Virus record (IMG/VR): IMGVR_UViG_3300027986_000016
Span: 1-44,069 of that record
Strand: one strand, 5' to 3'
Length of the DNA stretch: 44,069 nucleotides
Source of the DNA: a virus
Lineage: Duplodnaviria > Caudoviricetes
Shown here: positions 1 through 7,978 of the stretch, in pieces
Numbering within the stretch: position 1 is the stretch's first letter
How the letters are laid out: every line of letters begins with the position of its first letter
The notes under the pieces: generated by a model
What the model was told of the DNA's origin: nothing
Databases searched by the model: none
Seen by the model: only the letters and a program-made list of their open reading frames with translations
Position numbers and translations under genes: made by a program

Positions 1-1
1 G

Positions 2-403
2 GTTGCGTTCGATCTCTATAACACAGCCCTACGCTTCCCGCAGGTATTCGTACCTATGGCTAATCTGTTTGCCGATGCAGGCATACAGGTCGGCGTGATG
101 ACAGGCAACCGAACTGACGATGCTCGTCAGGCGTGGACTGACCTCGGCTACCCCGAGCCTGCCTTCTTTACCTCGCATCCGAAGCTCGATCCCAACCTGA
201 CTGCCACCTGGAAAGCTGACGAGTGCAAGAGACTCGCCGTGGATACGCTCATTGATGACTTCTCTGGCGGGAACCACGCGGATGCTTTCCGAAGACGCAT
301 TGACGAGATAGGCGGGGACACGGTTGCCCTCGTGGTGTCGCTCCCCGCTGATGGCGAATATCAGCAAGTTGGTAAGGGGGACAGCCAGAATGCCAGTGTA
401 TGA
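2..403 (+). CDS. HAD-superfamily phosphatase/nucleotidase-like protein (5' partial)
   Basis: Frame is open from base 2: VAFDLYNT (HAD motif I-like), VMTG (motif II), WKADECKRLAVDTLIDD (K and DD motifs). The track start at 56 is probably internal. Confidence 0.65.
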   Translation, partial: VAFDLYNTALRFPQVFVPMANLFADAGIQVGVMTGNRTDDARQAWTDLGYPEPAFFTSHPKLDPNLTATWKADECKRLAVDTLIDDFSGGNHADAFRRRIDEIGGDTVALVVSLPADGEYQQVGKGDSQNASV

Positions 404-623
404 GTATCGGTGCGATAGTGAAGACTGCGAACTGAAGTACGAAGTCACCTGCCCCATCGAAGAGCGAAACCTACAGGGGTGCCCACTCTGCGGCTCCCCA
501 GGACGCCTTCTCCCGAATCTTGTTACTTTTGATATGGGACGCGACGGCACGCGGAATCGCAACCCTATCAAAATGTGGTCACTCGAAGAGCGGATGGCCG
601 CTAAGTACGGTGACAACCCCTAA
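390..623 (+). CDS. FmdB-family zinc-ribbon protein
   Basis: MPVYEYRCDSEDC...CPLCGS signature; ATG at 390 after AAGGGGG. Confidence 0.85.
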   Translation: MPVYEYRCDSEDCELKYEVTCPIEERNLQGCPLCGSPGRLLPNLVTFDMGRDGTRNRNPIKMWSLEERMAAKYGDNP

Positions 624-1114
624 CGCACTAGATAGTGAGTTGAGGGACAGGGGCGCCCGCGAGTCTTAGCGCGATGGCATGAGGCGCAGAGCACTTGCAA
701 TCCACAATCGGGATAGCCCTGCTGTTTCAGAGAATCATAAAAGGCTCGTCCCCACTTCTTCGCCTCAGTCCTATGCTCAGTTCCGCCGCCCGCGATATGA
801 TCTAGCTCTAAAAAGGCCATATGAGTCTCGCCGCAGCACGCGCACTCACCACCGTACGCTCTCATTGCATCCTCCTGCGATCTGATGCGTGCGAGGCGCG
901 AATACTCGCGACTTCTGGACGGAAGTCTTCGAGCGTAGCTTTGCCCACGGTTGTAGCCCCTGCTCCTTCGTCTACAATCAGGGCACCAGGCTTTGTCAGG
1001 CTCGGGCGGTTGCTTGCCGCACGATGGGCAAAGACCGGATTCACAACGGGAGTAGTACACCTTCATGCGCCGTTTTCGATTGCGCTCTTTTGTCGCTTCG
1101 GATTTTTCGGTCAC
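620..1114 (-). CDS. HNH endonuclease with N-terminal Zn finger
   Basis: CPSCGK..CPDC, then YGGECACCGE..LELDHIAGGG..LQVLCASCHRAK. Start uncertain (GTG 1114 or ATG 1066). Confidence 0.85.
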   Translation of the reverse strand: MTEKSEATKERNRKRRMKVYYSRCESGLCPSCGKQPPEPDKAWCPDCRRRSRGYNRGQSYARRLPSRSREYSRLARIRSQEDAMRAYGGECACCGETHMAFLELDHIAGGGTEHRTEAKKWGRAFYDSLKQQGYPDCGLQVLCASCHRAKTRGRPCPSTHYLVR

Positions 1115-1155
1115 AGACCATTTTAGCGCATGTGGATGTATCGGAGGAGACAGGC

Positions 1156-3042
1156 ATGTGGATGTGGTTCGCTGAGCTTGACGCGGATGCGCGCAATGCT
1201 CTAGATGACAGTGACTTTGCGTGGATCGACAAGGACGGCGGACGCCATCTCCCGATTCACGACGCCGGCCACGTCCGAAACGCGCTGGCACGGATCAACC
1301 AGACCAAGGGTCTAGCCGGCGCAGCGAAGAAGAAGGCGCTCGCCAAGATCAGGGCTAGAGCCGCGAAGTTCGGCATCGACACGTCGAAGCAGGCGATCGA
1401 GCAGTACGAACACGAGTACCAGCTTTGGCAATCCTTCCTCGCGGCTGAGGCTCCCAAGTACGGGCCTGGCGGGGACCTGGATTGGGACGATAAAGAAGAG
1501 CCTGACGAGAGCGAGGACGACACCCGCGCCGGCGACCCGAACAGCGCCGATGAAGGTGGGACAGCACCGGCACCGGGCCTGACGTCAGGCGATGTTCATG
1601 TCAATGCGCCGGTCAACAGCGAGCCTTCCAAGAAGCGCAGCAAGACGCTCAAGTTCTTGACGCAGGCCGCGCGGCAACATTTCGCGTCGGGTCGGCTCAT
1701 GACTGCCGAGCAGTTCAATCGGTTCCTGAAGCAAGCGCAGGGCAAGCAGGGCGGACTCGCCAAGAAGCGGGCCGACGAGCAGGCGATGGGCGGTTGCGGC
1801 GGCGATTGCTGCGATAGCTGCACCGGACCCGGCTGTGGTTGCTGCGAGGCTTGCGAGGCATCGTCGTTCGTGTCGGGTGAGTCACAGCAGTATCGAGAAG
1901 GGTCGCCGCACTTCGTCACGCCTGACGGCATCGGCCTGCGGATGTTCATTCCGCTGCGCTTTGACGAATCAATTGGCGTTGGCGACTGGATCGAATACCT
2001 GCCGCCTCCTGGCGTGTTCCACTCGCCGCGCTACGGCAAAATTGAGATCACCAAAGAGCGGAACGAGAACTTCGTCCGCAACTTCAACTCTGGCGTCTAC
2101 CAGGACGACGTCCCGATCGACGCCGAGCACGAGACGAAGCTGTCAGGAGCACTCGGGTGGATGCGCAGGGGCGGAATGCGTATCAATCCCAACGGCTCTG
2201 TGTCCATTCGACCGGACTGGACCGACCGTGGCAAGGCCATGCTAGAGCAAAAGCGGTTCAAGTACTTTTCGCCAGAATGGTATGATTCGTGGAGGGACCC
2301 AGCTACGGGAGCAATTCTTAGCGACATTGCTATCGGAGGCGCTCTGACGACTCGGCCCTTCTTCAAGCCAAGCTCTCTCAAGCCAGTCATCGCCAGCGAG
2401 CAAGGCTTCAGCGACGTAGACACTAAAGCCACCACAGAGGAGAATACGATGGCAGGCGAAGAGAACAAGGAAACCGAAGCGAAGCGGCTCTCCGAGCTTG
2501 AGCAGCAGATCGCTGAACTGAAGAAGGAGCGCAAGGAGCTTCGGGCTTCAGAAGAGGCTGCCAAGAAGGAAGCCGAGCAGTCCAAGACCGCCGCCGAGGC
2601 ACAGAAGGCTGCCGTCGAGTCCGCTCTTGAGGTCGCTCGTCAGGCGGCTGAGGAAGTAGCGAAAATTCGGCAGGAGAATCAGCGCCGAGAGTTTGCCGAG
2701 ACGGCTTCCACGTTCGTCGGGGAGACTGCCAAGCACGTCGCCCTGATGGAGAAGCTCGGCGGCGACCCCGAAGCCCTCAACCAGTACATCGAGACGCAGA
2801 AGACCGCCGCCGAGGCGCTGTCCGCTGCCGGGTTCTGGGAGAGCATCGGAGCCAGCACCGCGCAGGCCAACGGCGAGACGAGCGCCGTTGAGGCGGCTCG
2901 CAAGGCTGCCGAGGCAATCGCCGCGCAGGGTGGCGGAAACATCAGTGTCGCCAAGGCCGCTGCTGAGGCGTGGGACGATGCGAAGTACGTTCAGTACCTT
3001 CGCGAGACGGGCCAGCACGTCGGCACCCGGTCGCGGAACTAG
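1156..3042 (+). CDS. Prohead protease/scaffold: DUF6582-like N-terminus, Mu gpI-like protease, coiled-coil scaffold
   Basis: GGAGG RBS before ATG 1156. ARNALDDSDFAW..LPIHDAGHVRNALAR (DUF6582-like). IDAEH..ALGW..WTDRGKAMLEQKRFKYFSPE..GGALTTRPF (Mu-like protease I). Ala/Glu/Lys-rich C-terminus. Lies just before cement and capsid genes. Confidence 0.88.
   Translation: MWMWFAELDADARNALDDSDFAWIDKDGGRHLPIHDAGHVRNALARINQTKGLAGAAKKKALAKIRARAAKFGIDTSKQAIEQYEHEYQLWQSFLAAEAPKYGPGGDLDWDDKEEPDESEDDTRAGDPNSADEGGTAPAPGLTSGDVHVNAPVNSEPSKKRSKTLKFLTQAARQHFASGRLMTAEQFNRFLKQAQGKQGGLAKKRADEQAMGGCGGDCCDSCTGPGCGCCEACEASSFVSGESQQYREGSPHFVTPDGIGLRMFIPLRFDESIGVGDWIEYLPPPGVFHSPRYGKIEITKERNENFVRNFNSGVYQDDVPIDAEHETKLSGALGWMRRGGMRINPNGSVSIRPDWTDRGKAMLEQKRFKYFSPEWYDSWRDPATGAILSDIAIGGALTTRPFFKPSSLKPVIASEQGFSDVDTKATTEENTMAGEENKETEAKRLSELEQQIAELKKERKELRASEEAAKKEAEQSKTAAEAQKAAVESALEVARQAAEEVAKIRQENQRREFAETASTFVGETAKHVALMEKLGGDPEALNQYIETQKTAAEALSAAGFWESIGASTAQANGETSAVEAARKAAEAIAAQGGGNISVAKAAAEAWDDAKYVQYLRETGQHVGTRSRN
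2449..3042 (+). CDS. Putative internally initiated scaffold protein (in frame with the protease)
   Basis: GAGGAG-N6-ATG (MAGEENKETEAK) directly after the protease domain; analogous to Mu I/Z and lambda C/Nu3. Confidence 0.65.
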   Translation: MAGEENKETEAKRLSELEQQIAELKKERKELRASEEAAKKEAEQSKTAAEAQKAAVESALEVARQAAEEVAKIRQENQRREFAETASTFVGETAKHVALMEKLGGDPEALNQYIETQKTAAEALSAAGFWESIGASTAQANGETSAVEAARKAAEAIAAQGGGNISVAKAAAEAWDDAKYVQYLRETGQHVGTRSRN

Positions 3043-3063
3043 GTCAGGTAAGGGAGAAAGACA

Positions 3064-3438
3064 ATGGCAACGGGCATTGGCGTACTCGATCGAACGTACA
3101 ACGCAAACGTCGATCTGAGCGCGAAGATTTACTGCTTCGTCCAGAAGGACGTGAGTGGGAACGGCGTCATCCTTGCGACGGACGGTGGTCCGGTACTCGG
3201 GGTGCTGCAAAACAAGCCAACTCTGAACCAGGGAGCGGTTGTCCGCATCCTGGGCGAGACTCCGGTGATCGCTGGCGCGAACAGTTGCGCCGAGGGTGAT
3301 CTGGTTAGCTCCGACGCTAGCGGGAATGTCGATACCGCTGCGTCGGGGGAGTACATCGCCGGCATCGCGACCAAGGCCGGCGTCTTTGCAACGGGGCAGA
3401 TGGCTACGGTGATGCTGCTTCCGCAAGGCAAGAAGTAG
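3064..3438 (+). CDS. Capsid cement/decoration protein (DUF2190-like)
   Basis: 124 aa; ANVDLS..FV..GVLQNKP..G....GDLVSSDASG..A....IAGIA pattern; between scaffold and capsid genes. Confidence 0.8.
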   Translation: MATGIGVLDRTYNANVDLSAKIYCFVQKDVSGNGVILATDGGPVLGVLQNKPTLNQGAVVRILGETPVIAGANSCAEGDLVSSDASGNVDTAASGEYIAGIATKAGVFATGQMATVMLLPQGKK

Positions 3439-3494
3439 TCGTAAAAGTAACGGCACGCGGGGGCACGTGCTGAACATTCGAGGGAGACACAGTA

Positions 3495-4499
3495 ATGGCA
3501 GCACCAACTCCGACTCCGGGCCTCACCCCGAGTGATGTCCACGTAAACGTGCCGCTCACTCAAATCTCCGTCGCGTATCGGCAGGACAACACGCAGTACA
3601 TCGCTGCGCGAGCCTTCCCGATCGTGCCGGTGCAGAAGCAGAGCGATAGGTACTACGAGTACGACCGGGACTACTGGTTCCGAACCGAAGCGGATAAGCG
3701 CCGACCGGCGTCCGAATCGGCAGGCTCCGAGTACACCGTTCAGAACACGAGCACCTACAACGCCGAAATCTACTCGGTGCATGTGATGGTGCCCGATGAC
3801 GTCCGCGTCAACGCCGACTCCGTGCTGTCGCCGGATCGCGACGCGACGATGAACGTGACCGACCAGATGCTGCTCAAGCGCGAGCAGATTTGGGCGAGTA
3901 AGTTCATGACCACCGGACTCTGGACCGGCAACAACGGTTCGGACATGACTGGCGTGGGTTCCGCTCCTGGAGCCAACCAGTTTGTCGAGTGGAACGTGTC
4001 GGGCAGCCAGCCGATCGAGGACATCCAGGCGCAGATTCTGAACATCGCTCAGTTGACCGCGCGCAAGCCGAACAAGTTGATCCTGGGTCCGCAAGTCGCC
4101 AACGCGCTGCGCAACAACCCGGAGATCATCGACCGTGTCAAGTACACGGAGCGAGCGTTCCTGGACTTCAGCATCCTCGCGCCGGCGTTCGGCGTGGACG
4201 AAGTTCTCGTGCCGTTCGTGGTTCAGAACACCGCCGCCGAAGGCGCGGCTCGCAGCATGAGCTACCTGTACGGCAAGCAGGCGCTTCTCCTGTTCGCGCC
4301 GAGCACTCCTGGCCTCCTGACCCCGTCCGCTGGCTACACGTTTAGCTGGCAGGGCTACCTGAACGGCACCGCCGATGTGGCTGTGTATCGCTTCAGGATG
4401 CAGGAGCGCAAGGCCGACCGCGTCGAGGGCGAGATGGCTTTCGACATGAAGCTCATCGGCTCCGACCTGGGCGTGTTCTTCACCAGCGCGATCCAGTAG
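3495..4499 (+). CDS. Major capsid protein (lambda E-like family, HK97 fold)
   Basis: DVHVNVPLTQISVAY..IAARAFPIVPVQKQSDRYY..KPNKLILG..SAGYTFSW..GVFFTSAI; 334 aa; position in module. Confidence 0.93.
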   Translation: MAAPTPTPGLTPSDVHVNVPLTQISVAYRQDNTQYIAARAFPIVPVQKQSDRYYEYDRDYWFRTEADKRRPASESAGSEYTVQNTSTYNAEIYSVHVMVPDDVRVNADSVLSPDRDATMNVTDQMLLKREQIWASKFMTTGLWTGNNGSDMTGVGSAPGANQFVEWNVSGSQPIEDIQAQILNIAQLTARKPNKLILGPQVANALRNNPEIIDRVKYTERAFLDFSILAPAFGVDEVLVPFVVQNTAAEGAARSMSYLYGKQALLLFAPSTPGLLTPSAGYTFSWQGYLNGTADVAVYRFRMQERKADRVEGEMAFDMKLIGSDLGVFFTSAIQ

Positions 4500-4513
4500 A
4501 TGCTCCACTGATG

Positions 4514-4548
4514 GACCGGGCGGGACTTTTAGGGGGTCCCGCCCGGTC
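4514..4548 (+). terminator. GC-rich hairpin after the capsid gene (terminator or RNA-stability element)
   Basis: Perfect 13-bp stem GACCGGGCGGGAC/GTCCCGCCCGGTC with 9-nt loop; no U-tract. Confidence 0.6.
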
Positions 4549-4569
4549 TGACCACCTTGGGGGTATGAC

Positions 4570-4830
4570 ATGACCGCAACCGAAACCGAAACCGCCGAAC
4601 CGATCCAGTCTGTGCGCCACACCTACGTGGCAGTGCAGAGACTGTTGTCCCACCACAACGGCAAGCACGTCTATCGCGAAGTGGGCGACGAGATGCCTGA
4701 AGTCGAGGCGTGGGACTGGACCATCCGAGAGAGCTACCTGCGCAACCATCGAATCGAGAAGGTGACGGTCGGATCGACCGAGCCTCCGAAGCGCAAGCCG
4801 GGACGACCGCCTAAAGACGCTTCCAGGTAG
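4570..4830 (+). CDS. Hypothetical head-associated protein with C-terminal AT-hook-like motif
   Basis: 86 aa after the capsid gene; KRKPGRPPK tail. Confidence 0.65.
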   Translation: MTATETETAEPIQSVRHTYVAVQRLLSHHNGKHVYREVGDEMPEVEAWDWTIRESYLRNHRIEKVTVGSTEPPKRKPGRPPKDASR

Positions 4831-4838
4831 GCTAGGTC

Positions 4839-5495
4839 ATGTCCTGGACCTACCTTGAGCCTCGTTCGAGTCTCGTAGTAGCGACTCCCCCTCCGACGCT
4901 GACGACCTTTAACGTCACGACGGGAACCGGGTCGCTCTTCATCGCGGGGCCGGCGACCGAGAACGGCTACATCTGCAACATCCTCTCGGTAGCTGGTGAC
5001 ACCGTAACGCTCTCAGCGCCGCTTCCGTATCTCCCCATCGCCGGTGACGAGCTTGTCCAGACCATCATCGGGCAGAAGGACAAGGTTCGTTTGCTCGTTG
5101 GCGACACAGACACGACGGATCAGCAGCTTCAAGACGAGGAGATATCGCTCTTCTTGCAACTCAAGCCGAATCCGATGCGGGCTGCCGCTATCGCAGCAGA
5201 GGCCATCGCTGGCAAGTTGTCCAGAGCGGTGGATTATGAGATTTACCAGGAGATCAAAGAGCGAATGTCTCAGGCCGCAACCGCCTACTTCGCTCTCGCG
5301 GATCGTCTGCGGCACGAGGCTGCGAGATCGTCGGCGCTACCGCTGATGGGTGGGCTACTTCAGGCCGATAAGGACATGGCTGTCTCGGACACGACCAAGG
5401 TCCAGCCGTTCTTTACTCGCGAGATGATGACCGAGCCTGGTACGGAGCCTTCCCAGGACAACTCGACTGTCGGCTACGTCCAGCCCTACTACTGA
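4839..5495 (+). CDS. Head-to-tail adaptor
   Basis: MSWTY..DKVRLLVGDTD..QLQDEEI..AAIAAEAIA helical adaptor signature with an inserted beta domain. Confidence 0.8.
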   Translation: MSWTYLEPRSSLVVATPPPTLTTFNVTTGTGSLFIAGPATENGYICNILSVAGDTVTLSAPLPYLPIAGDELVQTIIGQKDKVRLLVGDTDTTDQQLQDEEISLFLQLKPNPMRAAAIAAEAIAGKLSRAVDYEIYQEIKERMSQAATAYFALADRLRHEAARSSALPLMGGLLQADKDMAVSDTTKVQPFFTREMMTEPGTEPSQDNSTVGYVQPYY

Positions 5496-5507
5496 TAGGA
5501 GCTACTG

Positions 5508-6161
5508 ATGGCACCTATCGTCAGCAAAACAGTTATCGCTAGGGCTCGGAAGCACCTGAACACAGCGATGGTCGAGACAGCGACCATCCTCCGTACCGGC
5601 CAGAGCTATCCGTGTCTGGTTGTCATTGAGACGCGACCGATCGTGATTCGCGGGATGCCTGAGCACCTGAGACTGCGCAAGTGGAATATCAGGATGCAAG
5701 CCCCGCAGGCCCCATACAGCGGAGGCGTGGACGTCGTCACCGGCGACCGTATCCGTGTCGTTACACAGACCGGACAGACTCGCGGTGTGTTCATCGTTAC
5801 CGAGCTTACCGGCCCGGACACCTACAACGTGTCCACGACCGTGCTCGCCGTCATCTCGAACGCGAACGTCACCTTCGCTCGCGACGGTTCGCACAGCATC
5901 AATAGCATCGACGTGTTCATCTCGCGGGTCACTGACGAGATGAAGGCTCAGGGCATCTCCTACGATTGGGAGGTCTGGTTCGACTCCTCGATCACCTACC
6001 CCGTTGGCACGCCTGGTGGCTTGCTTGTCTCTAAGGGCGACAAGATGCGGTGGACTCGCTCTCCAAATCCGTTCCCCAAGGCCGGCGCGATCCTCGATCA
6101 ACCACGCTACGCTTACGCCGAAGACGCGATCACCGCTGCCTACTTCAAGGAATCACTGTGA
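5508..6161 (+). CDS. Putative head-closure/stopper protein
   Basis: Beta-rich (DVVTGDRIRV); follows the adaptor. Assigned mostly by synteny. Confidence 0.55.
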   Translation: MAPIVSKTVIARARKHLNTAMVETATILRTGQSYPCLVVIETRPIVIRGMPEHLRLRKWNIRMQAPQAPYSGGVDVVTGDRIRVVTQTGQTRGVFIVTELTGPDTYNVSTTVLAVISNANVTFARDGSHSINSIDVFISRVTDEMKAQGISYDWEVWFDSSITYPVGTPGGLLVSKGDKMRWTRSPNPFPKAGAILDQPRYAYAEDAITAAYFKESL

Positions 6162-6162
6162 C

Positions 6163-6342
6163 ATGGAGATCACGTACGAACAGGCGTTCAAGCAAGCCCT
6201 TCTCGATCGTCTCTTTAGGGACTTACGATCGAGCGTGATGAATGCTGCTCCAGACAATCACGAGAGAAGGGTAGCCCTCAGTCTCATGGAAGAAGCTCTC
6301 GATCGAGTAACGAGAGCTATTCGGATAGGCGAGGCTGCCTAA
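6163..6342 (+). CDS. 59-aa protein with Tad1/Acb2-like helical hairpin motif
   Basis: MEITYEQ..APDNHERRVALSLMEEALDRVTRAI; ATG 6163; stop overlaps the next ATG (TAATG). Confidence 0.55.
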   Translation: MEITYEQAFKQALLDRLFRDLRSSVMNAAPDNHERRVALSLMEEALDRVTRAIRIGEAA

Positions 6343-6776
6343 TGGCTTTTGTAGACATGTCCGTGGTCAACCTGGGGTTGGCCGAGGTCAAGCTGGAGAC
6401 ATTCATCGCGGAGATGCCCATGCTGCTTATCACGCTGCCAAAGACCATCGGCAGAACGATGATGGATACTCGGGTCATGCCCGCGATCAGGCAGAACACG
6501 CCAGTGAAGACCGGCGCATTACAAGAGGCCACCGACTACACAATGGAGAGCGCCGGCCCAGAGACTAGGTTCAAAGTGTTCAGCACGGCAGAGAACGATC
6601 GGTCGGGATATCAGTACGCCAGAGCGCGGGCTTACGGATTCAAGACTGTGGCCGGCAACGACTGGATTCCGCCAGAGGACCCACGCTACCCGATAGCCGG
6701 TTTCGAGCAGGCCGATGTAAGCGGTATTGGCGCGATGCTCCCTACCGGAAGTATCATGAAAATTGTGCCCCTGTAA
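6342..6776 (+). CDS. HK97 gp10-like neck/tail-completion protein
   Basis: NTPVKTGALQEA (P-x-x-TG-x-L motif), YARARAYG; position. Confidence 0.75.
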   Translation: MAFVDMSVVNLGLAEVKLETFIAEMPMLLITLPKTIGRTMMDTRVMPAIRQNTPVKTGALQEATDYTMESAGPETRFKVFSTAENDRSGYQYARARAYGFKTVAGNDWIPPEDPRYPIAGFEQADVSGIGAMLPTGSIMKIVPL

Positions 6777-6791
6777 GGGCAAGGAGCAAGC

Positions 6792-7565
6792 ATGGCTGGG
6801 CCGTTCCAAACCCGCGAAATCGAGATCGTTAGAGCGATAGCGGACACGATCTTTAGCCGAACGTCGCTCCTGCAAACAACGACGGTTCAAACAGCTTCGG
6901 CGGTAGGGGACCAACTACTCAACCTCGCCAGTTCGAGCGGCTTTGTCGAAGATGGCTACCTGCACTTTTTCGACAACACTGGTGAGCCAATGGTCGGAAT
7001 CACCTCTGTAACAGGAAACCAGTTAGCCCTACGGTACGGGGGATACGCCAGCAAGGGGCTGCCTGTTGGCTTGCAGTATGTTCATCTCTCAGGAGCGAAA
7101 GTCGCGACCAATCTGATGATGCACCGGCCTCTTGGTATCGCGCCGATGTTGAAGAACGGGCAGCCGGTACTCGCCATCTGGCCTGGAACAAAGCGCGTTG
7201 TCGAACACACGATGGGATCGACAAACTCACCGTTGGTGATCCACCTTCAGGTCCATATAGCTCTTCAGCAGTACGACGCCGACCCGATCGACCCCGAGGT
7301 CTACAACCAGTTCCAGCAGGAGGCGTGCTGGAATTACCTCCAGACCGTCGAGAATGCTCTCAATCAGAACCGCCACCTTACCAGCAACTACAATAATCCA
7401 GGACCACATGCAGACGGGCTTGGTGACGGCAAGAGCACCGAGATCATCCGCACCTCCTGGGATGTCTTCACTGAATCGCAGGTGGTGGACATACCGCAAG
7501 CAATCGGCGCGATGCAAGTGATCGTGCGGCCACGGCGCTACGTGAGATTGGAGCCAGGAACGTAA
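6792..7565 (+). CDS. Putative tail terminator with inserted beta domain
   Basis: Between gp10-like and tail tube genes; PVLAIWP..VENALNQN terminator-like pattern. Confidence 0.55.
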   Translation: MAGPFQTREIEIVRAIADTIFSRTSLLQTTTVQTASAVGDQLLNLASSSGFVEDGYLHFFDNTGEPMVGITSVTGNQLALRYGGYASKGLPVGLQYVHLSGAKVATNLMMHRPLGIAPMLKNGQPVLAIWPGTKRVVEHTMGSTNSPLVIHLQVHIALQQYDADPIDPEVYNQFQQEACWNYLQTVENALNQNRHLTSNYNNPGPHADGLGDGKSTEIIRTSWDVFTESQVVDIPQAIGAMQVIVRPRRYVRLEPGT

Positions 7566-7978
7566 TGGAAACCATACGCCTCGTTTACAACGGAGATCGA
7601 CGCTTCGAGGAGCCGCGACGTGGCTTCATCCCAGGACTCACGCTTCCGCAGGGGGATCGACCCGCTGGGCTGTGGCCTGGTGAGTCAATCCTGATTACCG
7701 ACGAGCTTCTCGCGAGCTTGAATCGCCCCACCGGCGAACAGGCACGCTCTGACTTCGCAGAGTTCTTGGCCGGCATTTACAACGCCAACATGAAGCATGA
7801 GCGATGGACGGTGTCTCGCGAGAACAGCGCAGAGATCATCCCGCCCATCTCTCTCGCGCCGCCAGAGCCCGAGATCGCGAGCGGTGTACAATCTGAAGAC
7901 GAGCCCGAGGAGTCTGCCGAGGGCGATGAGGCTGTAAACGATGGCGCTCAAAGCGCAGATGAAGAGGAGACAGAGTAA
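7565..7978 (+). CDS. Hypothetical protein, acidic C-terminus
   Basis: TAATG overlaps on both sides; 137 aa. Confidence 0.7.
   Translation: METIRLVYNGDRRFEEPRRGFIPGLTLPQGDRPAGLWPGESILITDELLASLNRPTGEQARSDFAEFLAGIYNANMKHERWTVSRENSAEIIPPISLAPPEPEIASGVQSEDEPEESAEGDEAVNDGAQSADEEETE

Noticed and set aside
889-1155. N-terminal extension of the 717-aa protease ORF
   Set aside because: It overlaps the antisense HNH gene; the GGAGG RBS and domain start point to ATG 1156.
2548-4622. Long minus-strand ORFs (319 aa and 497 aa) and similar shadow ORFs across the structural region
   Set aside because: They are antisense to well-supported genes, have no motifs, and are expected from GC-rich codon bias.
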